A stretch of DNA of 61,619 bases, the filler included. It is 15 parts of 15 records of this genome, joined end to end, with 100 filler letters (N's around TTAATTAATTAA, not from the genome) between each part and the next. Parts side by side here need not be neighbours in the genome. Positions count along the whole stretch, not along the records: positions 7,898 to 12,622 come from SRR15195285_9549; positions 12,723 to 17,632 come from SRR15195285_9554; positions 17,733 to 20,852 come from SRR15195285_9560; positions 20,953 to 24,146 come from SRR15195285_9572; 11 more parts are not named here. One strand, 5' to 3'. The stretch's first letter is position 1; the number at the start of each line of letters is the position of its first letter. A program made the translations under genes and the position numbers. This document shows positions 9,624 to 21,100 of the stretch, one piece after another. The notes below the pieces were generated by a model. The model searched no databases. It worked only from the letters and a program-made list of their open reading frames with translations, and was not told where the DNA came from.

Positions 9624-12256
9624 TCATGTCTTCATCACCTGCACACGAGCCTGCACCGCCATGCTGTATGAGAAGGAACTCTCCGCATCCACACCGCCAC
9701 CGCTGCCCGGCTGCCCCCCACGTGCTTGCGCAGATCCCCTGCCTCCTCCGCCGCCACGCCCACGGCGTCCCATCTCAAGCTCGCTGAATTCCGTCGCCGA
9801 AATCCCCGCACCCAGTCCACCACCACCCGCTCCCTTGCCACCAGCGGCGTTGCCCGTTGTGAGCAAGAGCTGCTTCTGCTTAAGTCGGCGATCCTCTGCC
9901 TTGTTCAGATGCTTGGTCATCTGCACGCGGTGTCGATCAAACTCTGCTCGCGCCACTTCATGTGCTGCCATCGCCGCTAGCCTTCGACGAGCTTCAGTGC
10001 ACATATCCACTCTGTAGCCTCGATTCGTCAGAGCCGTGTGCTCAGACCGATCACCGCCGGCCGCGACTGTTTCTACTACTGCCGCACCCCCAAGTCCTGC
10101 CTGCAGCTGTTCGTCTAGCCGTGCGGCGACACTGAGGTTCTTTTTGCCGCCGGGACCACTAGACCCCTTCCGACTTGACAGCTTTCGCTCGTACTCAGCC
10201 CTTCTGGCAGCCATCTGCTGCTCTGGAGTCAGTTGGTCCACCTTTGTGTTTAGTAAGGCAACGTCCTCAGCACCGCTCTGTTTTTTGTCTTTCGGCCGCT
10301 TGATTTGTGATTGCGGGATCACGGCGTCGACGTTCGGATGGCAATCTACCACCGCCTGCGCAAGGCGTTCCAGTCGCCAGTACAGCTGATCTCGCTGCAG
10401 CTCCGCCATCCGTCGCAGATTGCGCGCTGACTGTCGAAGGCGTGGATGTGGCAGATCGCCGGCATCATGAAATCGTAGGAACTCTGACTTTGAAATCATG
10501 TAAAGGCTCACTGGCGTCGTGGCAACCACCGACGTCACCCATTTCACAGGTAGCGGCGCCCCCCATGGAGTTGCAAGTAGTGAGAGTTCCCCGAATACCT
10601 GAGTTCAGTGCACAGGTAAATCAGATGCAGTCGCAATGCAACAGTCATCTATCGACAGCCAGTATAGCCCACAATAGCGACAGTCTATCATTGAAGGCAC
10701 CCCTCTGAGCGACCGGCCGTGTGTGACAAAGACCGGCAAATATTCACGTACGTTTCCAGGGCTGACCTTCGTGAGACCAATCGACTGCGACTCATACTCA
10801 ATAACAGCCTTGTCGGACTTCGCCTGAGAGAAGTCTCGCCCGCCCCCACCCTCTAGCTTGCCCATCTGAAACTTGCGCACCACCCGAACATCCTGCACCA
10901 TTGACATCGCAGCAACGTCAGCACAAACGGACGGAAACACATGCATATCGTTCTGCACAGTGGTCGCACCTGCCGTAGCTCCACCTCGCCGCTATCCATC
11001 AGGTATATATTCTGGCAGTCATCTCCTTCCTTGGCGATAATTTGCCCCTTCTCATACTTTCGAAGGAACATGAACATCGCCGTATTGTGCAGCTGCTCAT
11101 CTGAGCACTGCTCAAAAAGAGGCATCGACTGCAGCAGCGCCATCTTTGCCTGCGTCTCTTCATGCTTCCTCCCCTGCATTACACCTAAGAAGTCTACGGT
11201 GTTAAGGAAAACGAATGTCGACTCGCCTTCTGCCATGATCCCAAGGCTGCGTGGCTTGTTTGAGAACAGCGCCACCTCGCCAAAAGAATCCGTCGAGTTC
11301 TTCAAGACTTTGAATGGCTTGAAATCCTTATGGTTTGGGTCCTGTGGACCGTTCGGATCCAGAAGCCGCGCGGCCCCTTTGAACAGGATGTAAAACCCGT
11401 CACCTGGGTCACCCTTTCTGAATACAAACTCGTTCGATTTGAGCGTAATCAGCGCGCAGCATACCGAGAGCTCGGTGCGCATGTCAGTGTTGAGGTTGTG
11501 CAGGAACGCCACTGATTGCAGCCAGTCGACGATGTACTTAGTTTCGCGTGCGTTGCGCTCAGAGGCTTTCTTTTTGATGGCCGAGAGCACGGAAGCCTGC
11601 AGAATGTTCTGTGCGACTTTACTGCCCTCTTCTAGAATGGCCTCGTCCTCGTCAAATTCTCCCGGCTTCTTAGTCGAGGCCAGGACTATCGGCTCGTGAA
11701 GCTGTACTCCGCCTGTCTCGTTTGAGCGCTCGCGCGACTTCTCGTAGAAGAGGTCTTTGTACTTGCGAAAGCGCTGCCCGTGGATGCTGGTGTCGCGCGC
11801 AAGCGGCTGTAGATCCTCCTCCGTGCGCTGGGTGAATGGGTCCCATGTGTGCTGCAGCGCTGGAACTCGTCCGCTGGCGTCGAACGGGCGTTCACCGGGC
11901 AGCTCGTGGGATGTCGAGAACGGGTTGAGCTTCTCCACAAGGTAGTCGTCCAGCGGATCTGTAAATCTATTATTCGCCGCACCCTCGTCGCCGTCCGCGC
12001 CCTCTAGCTGGCTCTCGTCCCAGCTCGCCCCAGGAGGGGCGCGGTGCTCGCGCCGGTCTTCGCGCGACCAGCCAAACCCACCCAGTGCGTAGCGGTTGCC
12101 TTTGAACTCTTCCTCCTCACGCGCCGCCTGCTCCATGAATGCCTCCATCGCCTCGTCCTCCTCCGGCGCGTCGCGCGGCGTCGCTGCTAGATCCGTGTCC
12201 AGCAGTGCGTTCATGATCTCGGTCGTGTCGTGCTCGTACATGGTAGAGATCTCCAT
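9624..12256 (-). CDS. Protein with two cyclic-nucleotide-binding domains; introns 10893..10969 and 10599..10751; 5' end uncertain
   Basis: CNBD1: VFRKGDPGDGFYILFKG...SFGEVALFSNKPR. CNBD2: IAKEGDDCQNIYLMDSGEV, with splicing restoring VSPGN-VFGELSLL. Confidence 0.8.
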
Positions 12257-12723
12257 CCCGCCGCCGCCCAGTTGAACGCACTATTTGACACCACCACAAC
12301 TCACACGCTCATGCACTCACACACATGCGCTCCCACGCACTCACACCCCCACCCACCCCCACACAGATACCCCCACACAGACCCTCGTGTACTCAGGTGT
12401 GCCCGCCACGGGCTCAGCCGCCAGCCCAGCCGATGACGGGGCCGCTGCTGTCCGGCTATGGGCTCCGCCGTTGCCCGCTCCGGATCAGTGTTCACTGACC
12501 GTTTGTTGGATCTGGAGGAGCCGGATCACAGGTTCCACCGGCGCCTGAGATGTTCGTGAGATCCAATCAATACACGACACTAATTTCCGTGGCAATAAAC
12601 TAAAGATAAAAAGAACAAATCTNNNNNNNNNNNNNNNNNNNNNNNNNNNNNNNNNNNNNNNNNNNNTTAATTAATTAANNNNNNNNNNNNNNNNNNNNNN
12701 NNNNNNNNNNNNNNNNNNNNNNG

Positions 12724-15700
12724 GAGGAGGAGGAGGAGGAGGAGGAGGCGGCTTTACCGCTCGGTGAATACTGGGATCCTGAACTGTGGCTGGAAAATCT
12801 GTTCATCAAAACCAGCACATTTTTCGGCGGGCCTGCGTATCTTAGATCAATACTTGGCACAAAAAAGGCAGCTCGTGGAAACGTTGACACATACAAGGTC
12901 GCACAGATGTTGCTTCACTTTGGGTACGTGGAGCGTGGTACCCACAGAGACCATGTGCTGTCTTCAGGTGATAGCTCCTTGCTAGACGATGGCTTCGGTG
13001 CAAGTCTCAACCTTGCATTGATGGACCAACTCAAACTCTTCTTGAGCCACACCCGGGACGAGGAGTGGATGTGGGACCGCATTAAGTCGCGCGAGGTTCA
13101 ACAGACAACTGTCTCAGCAATCATCAATCGGAAACAATTGTTTCCAAGCAGGCTTGAAGGAGCACCCATCGAAACACAACATTTCATCTACGCGAATTTT
13201 AGCATACTTGAAGGAATGTCCACATTCTGGGCTCATGCAGCCGAATGTGTCAAAAAAGCAGAGCATGACCACAGCACACGGTTCAATCTACTAAATCGGA
13301 TCGATGTAAATCAATTTCAACTGCGCTCCGTGGGACTGAAATGCCGCAAATGCAAGTGGCAAGGCAAGCGTCCATTACCCAACTGTGAGGCACAGCTCAG
13401 CAAGCGAAAAGCCTGCGACGCTTGCCGACCGAAACGTGATATGCTAGATGAATACTTGCGCTTTGTGATGGCTGTTAAAGAGTTTCTGAACATGACCCAC
13501 GTTGTTCGAAAATTCTTGCAAAACTGTCCCGACGACTGTCGTGACCCGTGGTCTGTGCCACCAGACATGGAGACATGGGGTGGTACAAAGGATGATAACA
13601 CAGTTGTACGAGAGTTCATGAGCATTGTACGCAAACACTGCCAGGAACGCTGTGCTCCCCTTTGGCGTGACTGGATACGTAGAAGACCAATTCAGTGGGA
13701 CTTGGACGCCAAGAATGATGAGGCTCTGGATGAGCTGACTGAGTGCTTGCAGGGGATCGGTTACACTGGAACAAAATCAGCACTGCAACCGTTGTTCAAA
13801 GCAATTCGTCGCCACGCTCGCAACTTTGCTTCATTTTCACATGTTGCACGTAGGAGCAGCTCAGCCGAGCAGCTCGCCCGATCGGTTTCTACTGAAGCAC
13901 AAGCACACAGACTGCTGTCAGCTGTATCAGGACTTGACTGCGTGCCTGAGGAGGCCCTTTTGAAGCTATCAAGGCACTTTAAACGAAAGACAATTGATCT
14001 GAAGGCAACGGTCATCGTAAAGGATGATTCGTCGACTGAGATGTACATAATTGAGACAGGTAAAGCGTTGGCAGGTCCTGAAGAGGGCAACGAAGCGAAT
14101 GTTTTTGCTGAGCTCACTACTGGTGACATCTTTGGGGAGGGTGGTGCTATTGATGGCAGCCCACGCAATTGTTTTGTGTGGAACGCGAGCACGACAGAAA
14201 AACTAGAGCTTCTGGCGATCGGAACAGACGCATTGAAGGATGTGATTAAACAATACCCCTCACTTCGTAAGAGCATCCTTGCAATGGGCATCCAAAGGAG
14301 AAAAGCAACTGGAGATATGCACACAGACTTTCGTGACTGGAACCGCTGTATTAAGTTTCTCAGCAGTGGAAACTACACATTCTGTACGATCCACGATCTC
14401 TGTCGCTGGGAGCTGCAAGACCAACGCCATCGATCAAGTAACATTGATCCGTATCGGATTAGCCGGTTTAAGGGTTCTGCCAACTATTCTCGTTTCAATT
14501 ACGTTGTCAGTGTTCTTCATATGGCTTTGACGCTTGTGGAGGCACCTTCAGGTGACACGCCGCTTACATTAACCGACACCGAGCGTCTCCAGGCTCATAA
14601 GACATTCTGTATTCTCCTTGGTGGGTGCATAATTGCCACATACTGGGTCGATATAGCGCTTTCCTGCGCCATTCACGGCGGAGTGAAACGCTACGAACGC
14701 CCACCAGCGACGCAGCCATCTCTCCCTGCGGAGATACCGCAGCTCACCCTGTTCCAGAAAACCGCACGGCTAAGCAAAGGTAGAGAATCTGAAGTTCCTC
14801 AGCTTACCCTCATTGCGTTGATTGTCGTCATCGGCCTACTCACGGTGGATTGGGGTCTACAGCTGCTTTTTGACTACAGCACAGAGCCGACACCTCGTGA
14901 CAGTCTGGAACAAGATTTAGTGCTTCTCATTCCCTACTCTGCTATCTTGCGCCCAGTTGTACTCGTGCTACGCTCAAAGCCTCTGCGCCATGGCGCGTCT
15001 AGTTTCGTTCGCACATTGGTCCATTCGGGAACAATCTTTCTGCTATTTCTGATCATTTTGGCAGCGTCTGGTGTTACGGGCATGATCCTTTTTGCAAATG
15101 AGCGCAGCAAAATGTACGGCGACGTGTTCCTTACCATGTCTTACATGTTCACCTACGTGAGTTTCCCTGTCACCCGTCCAAGTGCTTTCAACTTCCACTG
15201 CCACAAGCATCAGGAGTGTGCAGCAGCGCGCGTACTCTCTTGCGCTTACCCTGGGTGCTGGTATACGATGCAGATGACGACTGCAGAGAACTGGCCAGAC
15301 GCGGTGTGGGGTGCGACGGAATGTGATAGTTCTGGCAAATACGTGCACGGCAATTGTGCCAAATACTTTTTTCACCTGTACTTCTGGACTGCCTCGTTTG
15401 TCGGCACCATCATTATGGTTTCTTTGATGATTGCCACATTTGAGTCTAAGTACACAGAGCAGCATAGAGCGGAGGCGGAACAAAGACGCGCACGCCGTCT
15501 GGAAAGCATCGTAGCTGCGTACCTCGTCCTTGACCGAGCCGGACACAATCATCTGACTGTCAAAGAGATCGGAGAGTTCCTGGCAGCTTGCGGGCTTAAC
15601 CACGTGAAGCTAGGCAGGCGTGGGCAGAGGATTTTGTTGAAACTGAACGTTTCAGAATTTGCACCGGTGTTGGAACAACTGGAGCACGAGGTTGAGGGCT

Positions 15701-16935
15701 GCAAAGCTACCAGCATGCTTACAGAGGAACTTGTTGAAATAGAAACAAAAAAGATTCAAAGGCGGTCTGAGGAGAACTTGCAGGGAGATGCTGAAGAAGA
15801 CAGCGAGACGTCACCTCACCAGCCAAGATTTGTGAATTCGAATTTGCACGAGTTCTTGATGTCTGTCGTGTCGTTGGTCCACTTGGGCGGGACGGCATGT
15901 ATGAACACCGGTCTCCTTTTCTTCGGCATAGACGTTGACATAATCTCGTCCATCTGTGTCTGCATGTTCCATGCAGACTGTGTCGCAAGGGTCAGGGCCG
16001 CTGGAAGCTACTCGGACTTTTGGAATGTCCCTTCCAGCGTCTTTGATCAGTCAAAGAATCGTTACGATGCCTGGATATCTGCTCTGTCTGTGGCATTCCT
16101 CGGCTTAGCCGCTGCACAGCTCATCTTTGAAGTGCCACAATCCGAATTTGCTGCTTCCACATCAGCTTTTCTTGGGCTCGATCCTTGGAATCGAATTGCG
16201 CTAGCGTTGCCAGTGTTGAGACTCTTCTCTGGCCCTAAGTCGATAAGGATAATCTGGTTCTGTTTGTCTTCGATCCTTCCACAATACAGCCACGTGGTGG
16301 CGCTGGGCGCCATCGGGCTGTACTGTTTTGGCTGTGTCGGATGTTGGTTGCTCGCGTTTCGGTTCCATTATCTTGGGCCGGATGTCTACGAAATCCCCCA
16401 AGCAAACTTCAATGGCATGCTCGATTCCATCACTACCTTGTTCCAACTCTTTATTGGGGAGGCGTGGGACAGTGTGAAGCAGGCGGCGGTTGACAGCAAC
16501 GGTGGATTCGTTTCCGAGCTTTTTTTCTTGGTCTACGTTCTTACCATGACAGTGCTCTTCGTCAACCTGCTGTCAGGAGTCATCCTATCTTCGTGGGAGG
16601 TTGTGGCTACAGTCATAGAGACAGAGCGACGGCAGTCGACCGTTAGTGTGCGGCAGTTTCAGCTGCTGGCTGCTCACCAGGACATCTCAACACAATTTGA
16701 GATCCAGTTCGAGGGCGCACGTGACATACGAGTTGTACCGAGCATCAGCTATTTATTTGGAAGTGCTGACACTGACGGATCGGGTACGATCACCCGCCAG
16801 GAGCTTGCGCGACAAATTGGGGAAAAGGCGGCGGCAGATGTGTGGGGCAAGGTCCAACAGCTTGTGGACGTGGAAGAAGACGGTGAAGTGACCCTCGAAG
16901 ACTTGAAGCCGAGGACCCTCGAGGAGTTGATGTGA
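12724..16935 (+). CDS. Two-repeat (TPC-like) cation channel with a CNBD and EF-hand(s); in-frame intron 15157..15273; 5' truncated
   Basis: The frame is open from the contig edge. CNBD MYIIETG...GDIFGEGG...PR. Two 6TM-like repeats with S4-like ILRPVVLVLR and LPVLRLF. Pores TTAENWPD and FIGEAWDS, S6 LFVNLLSGVI, EF-hand DTDGSGTITRQE. Confidence 0.8.
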   Translation, partial: EEEEEEEEAALPLGEYWDPELWLENLFIKTSTFFGGPAYLRSILGTKKAARGNVDTYKVAQMLLHFGYVERGTHRDHVLSSGDSSLLDDGFGASLNLALMDQLKLFLSHTRDEEWMWDRIKSREVQQTTVSAIINRKQLFPSRLEGAPIETQHFIYANFSILEGMSTFWAHAAECVKKAEHDHSTRFNLLNRIDVNQFQLRSVGLKCRKCKWQGKRPLPNCEAQLSKRKACDACRPKRDMLDEYLRFVMAVKEFLNMTHVVRKFLQNCPDDCRDPWSVPPDMETWGGTKDDNTVVREFMSIVRKHCQERCAPLWRDWIRRRPIQWDLDAKNDEALDELTECLQGIGYTGTKSALQPLFKAIRRHARNFASFSHVARRSSSAEQLARSVSTEAQAHRLLSAVSGLDCVPEEALLKLSRHFKRKTIDLKATVIVKDDSSTEMYIIETGKALAGPEEGNEANVFAELTTGDIFGEGGAIDGSPRNCFVWNASTTEKLELLAIGTDALKDVIKQYPSLRKSILAMGIQRRKATGDMHTDFRDWNRCIKFLSSGNYTFCTIHDLCRWELQDQRHRSSNIDPYRISRFKGSANYSRFNYVVSVLHMALTLVEAPSGDTPLTLTDTERLQAHKTFCILLGGCIIATYWVDIALSCAIHGGVKRYERPPATQPSLPAEIPQLTLFQKTARLSKGRESEVPQLTLIALIVVIGLLTVDWGLQLLFDYSTEPTPRDSLEQDLVLLIPYSAILRPVVLVLRSKPLRHGASSFVRTLVHSGTIFLLFLIILAASGVTGMILFANERSKMYGDVFLTMSYMFTYVSFPVTRPSAFNFHCHKHQECAAARVLSCAYPGCWYTMQMTTAENWPDAVWGATECDSSGKYVHGNCAKYFFHLYFWTASFVGTIIMVSLMIATFESKYTEQHRAEAEQRRARRLESIVAAYLVLDRAGHNHLTVKEIGEFLAACGLNHVKLGRRGQRILLKLNVSEFAPVLEQLEHEVEGCKATSMLTEELVEIETKKIQRRSEENLQGDAEEDSETSPHQPRFVNSNLHEFLMSVVSLVHLGGTACMNTGLLFFGIDVDIISSICVCMFHADCVARVRAAGSYSDFWNVPSSVFDQSKNRYDAWISALSVAFLGLAAAQLIFEVPQSEFAASTSAFLGLDPWNRIALALPVLRLFSGPKSIRIIWFCLSSILPQYSHVVALGAIGLYCFGCVGCWLLAFRFHYLGPDVYEIPQANFNGMLDSITTLFQLFIGEAWDSVKQAAVDSNGGFVSELFFLVYVLTMTVLFVNLLSGVILSSWEVVATVIETERRQSTVSVRQFQLLAAHQDISTQFEIQFEGARDIRVVPSISYLFGSADTDGSGTITRQELARQIGEKAAADVWGKVQQLVDVEEDGEVTLEDLKPRTLEELM

Positions 16936-17026
16936 GACACGATACCAATGCAATTCAGAAGTTATGGTGGCGTAGAGCATAACTATCAGTGCTCGATTGC
17001 GCGCAACACAACTTCACAAGTGCTTG

Positions 17027-17425
17027 TCATGCGCGCGTCTCGCCCGCATCGCCCAACGAGGGCCGCCGGCAGTTGCGACCTGAGGGCGTAACCAGCGCTG
17101 ACCTCTCTTGCCACACACGTTGATTCGAAAACTTGACACTTTGTTTTTCGGCACATGGACGCACTTGACACCTGGAGTGCCAGTGGCAGCCGCTAGAGCA
17201 GCGGAATGTGTAATACTTTAGAACTTGATCGAGTGAAACACGGGCAAGACACACAAGCCGAGAAGGGTGTCGGCGGAATACAAAGCCATGCGAAAGGAAT
17301 CCATGCAAAAGGCTCCGCCCAGCCGGCGCCAGGCACTCTTTGAGAGTGCCTGGCGTCTTAGTGTCCTCAGCTATGCGCCGTGGTGTCCTCAAGACCTTCT
17401 CGTCTTTGTCTTTCCGTTTGCCCAT
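17027..17425 (-). CDS. Hypothetical small basic protein (exon structure unresolved)
   Basis: ATG at 17425 begins MGKRKDKDEKVLRTPRR. The downstream sequence looks intronic and no family was recognised. Confidence 0.3.
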   Translation of the reverse strand: MGKRKDKDEKVLRTPRRIAEDTKTPGTLKECLAPAGRSLLHGFLSHGFVFRRHPSRLVCLARVSLDQVLKYYTFRCSSGCHWHSRCQVRPCAEKQSVKFSNQRVWQERSALVTPSGRNCRRPSLGDAGETRA

Positions 17426-17553
17426 CGTGTCGTGCTGTGTGCTGTATGTACACGCCAAGGCCTGCCTGCGCAGACCGTCTCGTGAGTTTGCGGTAGCGAC
17501 GGCCTTGTTCTGCCGAATTTTAGTCTACAGGTACTAGTACATGTAGACTCCGT

Positions 17554-17605
17554 GCGGGAGTCCTCATCAGTCGAATCAGCGCGGGAGTCCTCATCAGTCG
17601 AATCA
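17554..17605. repeat. 27-bp-period tandem duplication next to a 28-bp palindrome
   Basis: GCGGGAGTCCTCATCAGTCGAATCA at 17554 and 17581. Palindrome AGTCTACA-G-GTACTAGTAC-A-TGTAGACT at 17522-17549. Confidence 0.9.
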
Positions 17606-17816
17606 CGGGGAGACTCAGATGGGTTGGTCACTNNNNNNNNNNNNNNNNNNNNNNNNNNNNNNNNNNNNNNNNNNNNTTAATTAATTAANNNNNNNNNNNN
17701 NNNNNNNNNNNNNNNNNNNNNNNNNNNNNNNNCAACCACTTCTTTCGAACATCACTTTGACCACCCGGTGCGGCCGTGGTCCGGGTACGCGATGGTATGG
17801 ACGGGTGAGGCGAGCA

Positions 17817-20785
17817 TGGCACAGGGCAACTGCCGGCAGGAGGCTAGCTCAAGGCGGCTCTGCTGTGCGCTGCTCGTGATAGCAAGTGCTAGATATGGTA
17901 CCGAACGTGTGGCGGCTGCAGCGGAGCTTGTTCATGGCGCCAACCCCAGCTCCAGTGAGCAGCACACGCTACTAGTTGAAACCACCGCTGGGCTCAGCAT
18001 CGCGTTCTCTCCGTCGGCAGTTCCGCTGTCTATCAAGAACGCCGAGGGCCACGAGCTGCTGGGCGTGGGGTCGCCTGGGTTCACGCTCTACTGCTCTGCT
18101 TTCACCGCTGAACAGCACCAGTCCTGCAACCAGAGCGAAGGCGTTGCTTTTGACACGTGTGTCGCCAACGGATCTGACCCGAACGAATTGACGTTCACCT
18201 TTGGCATCTCAGCGTCGGACGAAGAGCTCGACGTGACTTTCAGCGGAGCGCACCACTATCTAACCGCCAACATCACATCTACCCGGGGTTTTGAGTGGGG
18301 CGATGGCAAAAGTGTTCGGTTTGCCCTGGTTGGTAAGGCACCCGACGCCCTCCGTGGAATGGGTCTGAACTTTATGATCGATGACGCCAGTGGCGAAGGC
18401 CACAACAACAAACCGCACCCAATCTTGAACTACGAGGCGCCCTGGGTCAATTCGACCTGGAATCCACACGCTCGCTTCGCCGTTTACGAGCGCGTTGATG
18501 ATGCCACGGAGGACGAGACGCTGTTCGACTTATGGGTAGACGAGGGCTTGGCCCATCCACGCGTGAACGGCAGCTGGGATCGTCCCACTGCCAAGGCGTG
18601 GGTCGAGACCTGGACCAAGGCAACCTACGATATCAGCCACCTGGCTATGGTGCCACGCAACCTCAGCGAGTGGCGGGACTTCTTCCCGTACGGCAAGCTT
18701 ATGGATGCGAAGTCGCTGTGGTTCAATTTCCGAGTATGGGCGGGGAGCGAAATCGACAACGTTAGTCCAAAGATGTTTCCGAGCGGCGTCCCGGGCTTCA
18801 AAAGCTTTAGCGACGATGCAGCCAAACATGGCTTTCGTATAACGACGCATCGGATGAGCGGTGGTCTCATGCCGGACGACCCCGACTACTGCGTGAAGCC
18901 GGATCCAGGTCTACTGGGCTGGGGCAACATGCATCTGATGTCTAATGGCGCCGCTGGTGTCGACAGAGTCGCGGTCAAGCCGCAGCCAGGTATCAAGATC
19001 CCCGTTCCGAGCAACAAGTGGAAATCAAACATGTCCACGCAAGTATACCAGGAAGTAAAGGCCGATCTCGGCGCGTGCAGCATCGGCGACGAGATGCTGT
19101 TCTATCAAAATATCGCACCACTTCCTGACGGTAACTGGGAAATCGTTCTCAGGACCAAAACGAAACAGGCACATCCTTCTGGATCGTTAGTGAGAGGCTA
19201 TATCAAGGGAAACGAGTACTTCATACCAGACCTGTTCTCACCGCTGTACGAAGAGATTGCGGTGCGCTACGCAGACTTCAGTAATCTGGTCGGCTTTGAC
19301 GACGGCAGTTTCGACGGCGCGGCCTGGTTTGGCTGGTACGGGCGATGGGCCTTCTTCAAATTTGCGACGTTGGTGTACGAGAATCTAGACCACCCAACAG
19401 TGGTTCACACTAGCGGTTTGGTTGTTTCCTCCGCTTGGCCAGAGTACAGATTCAATTCTGTGAAAGCTGCGTTTGGCGGCAGCTTCACGACGCAGCCAGG
19501 AGGCATTTCGCTAGAACCTGGCTACGTCGGCCTCGACACGTCCTCGTTAGACCGCGCCGCGTTGGAGTTGACTTCGGCTTTGTGCGACAACACTCGGCAG
19601 TTTTCCGTAGGGCACGATTTACGGTCGACCCTCGATGTCTACAACGACGCCAGTGGTCATGGCGTCGGTAATGTAGAGCAAGTGCTGACCTTGGTGAACG
19701 AGTACAAGCGTGGCAGCCTCGCCATGGGGCCAGAGCAGCGGCAGTGCATGAGGGAGACTGTCATGACAAAACAAAAACACCCCCGCATTTCCAACGTCCT
19801 CAATGCATCATGGATGGTCGAGGGCGCAGTCTTTAGGAAATGGGTCAGCACCGGCACGGAGGTGTACGATTACAAGGCCTACTCAATGTCTAGTTTCATC
19901 CCACCACGCTTCTACGCGCAGAGTGAGAGTCGGGTGGCTCTCGTCCCACCCACTGAGTTACAAGCAGGTTTCGAGAAGGCCCAAGTGATCGGGAGGGTGC
20001 TGCCTCGATTTGACGCTCTGTCGCCAATGAACATCGACTTATTTGAGAAGATGAAGGTTGCGGGGGCGACTCTGCAGCTCAGCGCTCACAATCCCAGCCC
20101 CATGGAGAGCTGGGATGAAGGTCGGCTGAAGGAGTACCGTGTGCTCCCTGCCCTTAACCTCACGCAGCACCAGGGAATTGGCATGTTTGTCGATGGCGAC
20201 GGAAGCGGGGGCACACTAGTAGTCAGGGTTGTCTGTGGTACCACTGCCCGCGACTATGCCGCGCCGTTGACGTTCACCGGGAGGCAATGGGTAGAGATAC
20301 CATCACCCGAACAGGGGTTGCGGGTCAGCAACTGGGGCCCGATCGGCAAGGGCGCTGCTATCTGGGCGGGGATCAACTTTGCCGAAGCTGTTGGAATTTC
20401 TATCGGGATTGGCTACATGCCTCCATCGGCTACGACCAATGTGACCGTAAGTGGACTGCAGGCGTTATCCGAGATTCGTGAGCCACTAGTCGACCCTCAA
20501 ATTACTGTCGGCGACGAGACTGTACATGCTACTGGAACACTGCAGGCTTACGACCATTTCATCCTGGCCCCTGATGGAACTTTCACCATCTATGACCAGT
20601 CTTGGAAGATGCTGTGCAATAACACAGTCGGCACGTTCAAACCGACAAACCTATCGAGCTTCCAAATGAGCGTGGGCGCGCCCGGCAAGAAGCCTTTGTG
20701 GCTGGAGGTTGGCGTGGTGGGCGCCACGGAGACTGTCCCAAATCCTGGGTGGACACCGCGAGTGCGCGAGGGGCGTGACGCTTAG
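17817..20785 (+). CDS. Large secreted, intronless, glycoside-hydrolase-like protein of unassigned family
   Basis: About 990 codons with a hydrophobic signal segment. Possible TIM-barrel features (FPSGVPGFKSFSDDAAKHGFRITTH; GFDDGSFDGA) and a C-terminal beta-sandwich (GIGMFVDGDGSG...TFTGRQWVEIP). The start could be 17791. Confidence 0.6.
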
Positions 20786-21100
20786 CCAGTCCATCATATC
20801 AAGCTTACTGGTGCAAAAGTGGTATAAGTCGCTTTTTCACCAGACCCAATAANNNNNNNNNNNNNNNNNNNNNNNNNNNNNNNNNNNNNNNNNNNNTTAA
20901 TTAATTAANNNNNNNNNNNNNNNNNNNNNNNNNNNNNNNNNNNNNNNNNNNNCTGCTGCTGCTGCTGCTGCTGCTGCTGCGTTTTGGATGGCGGTGGCAG
21001 CGGGGGCGCTGATTGCAGATGTCGTGTTGTGGTGTTTTACAGCCAAGGCGAAGGGGGTGGGCCAGGTGCGCCCGCCCCGGAGCAAGTGCCTGGCGGTGGC

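Noticed and set aside
12924-12967. Apparent GTACGT...TTCAG intron near the channel 5' end
   Set aside because: It is 44 nt long and its removal would shift a frame that is already open from the contig edge.
17554-17616. Repeat units as a possible CRISPR array
   Set aside because: Head-to-tail tandem units with no spacers, no cas genes, and a eukaryotic context.
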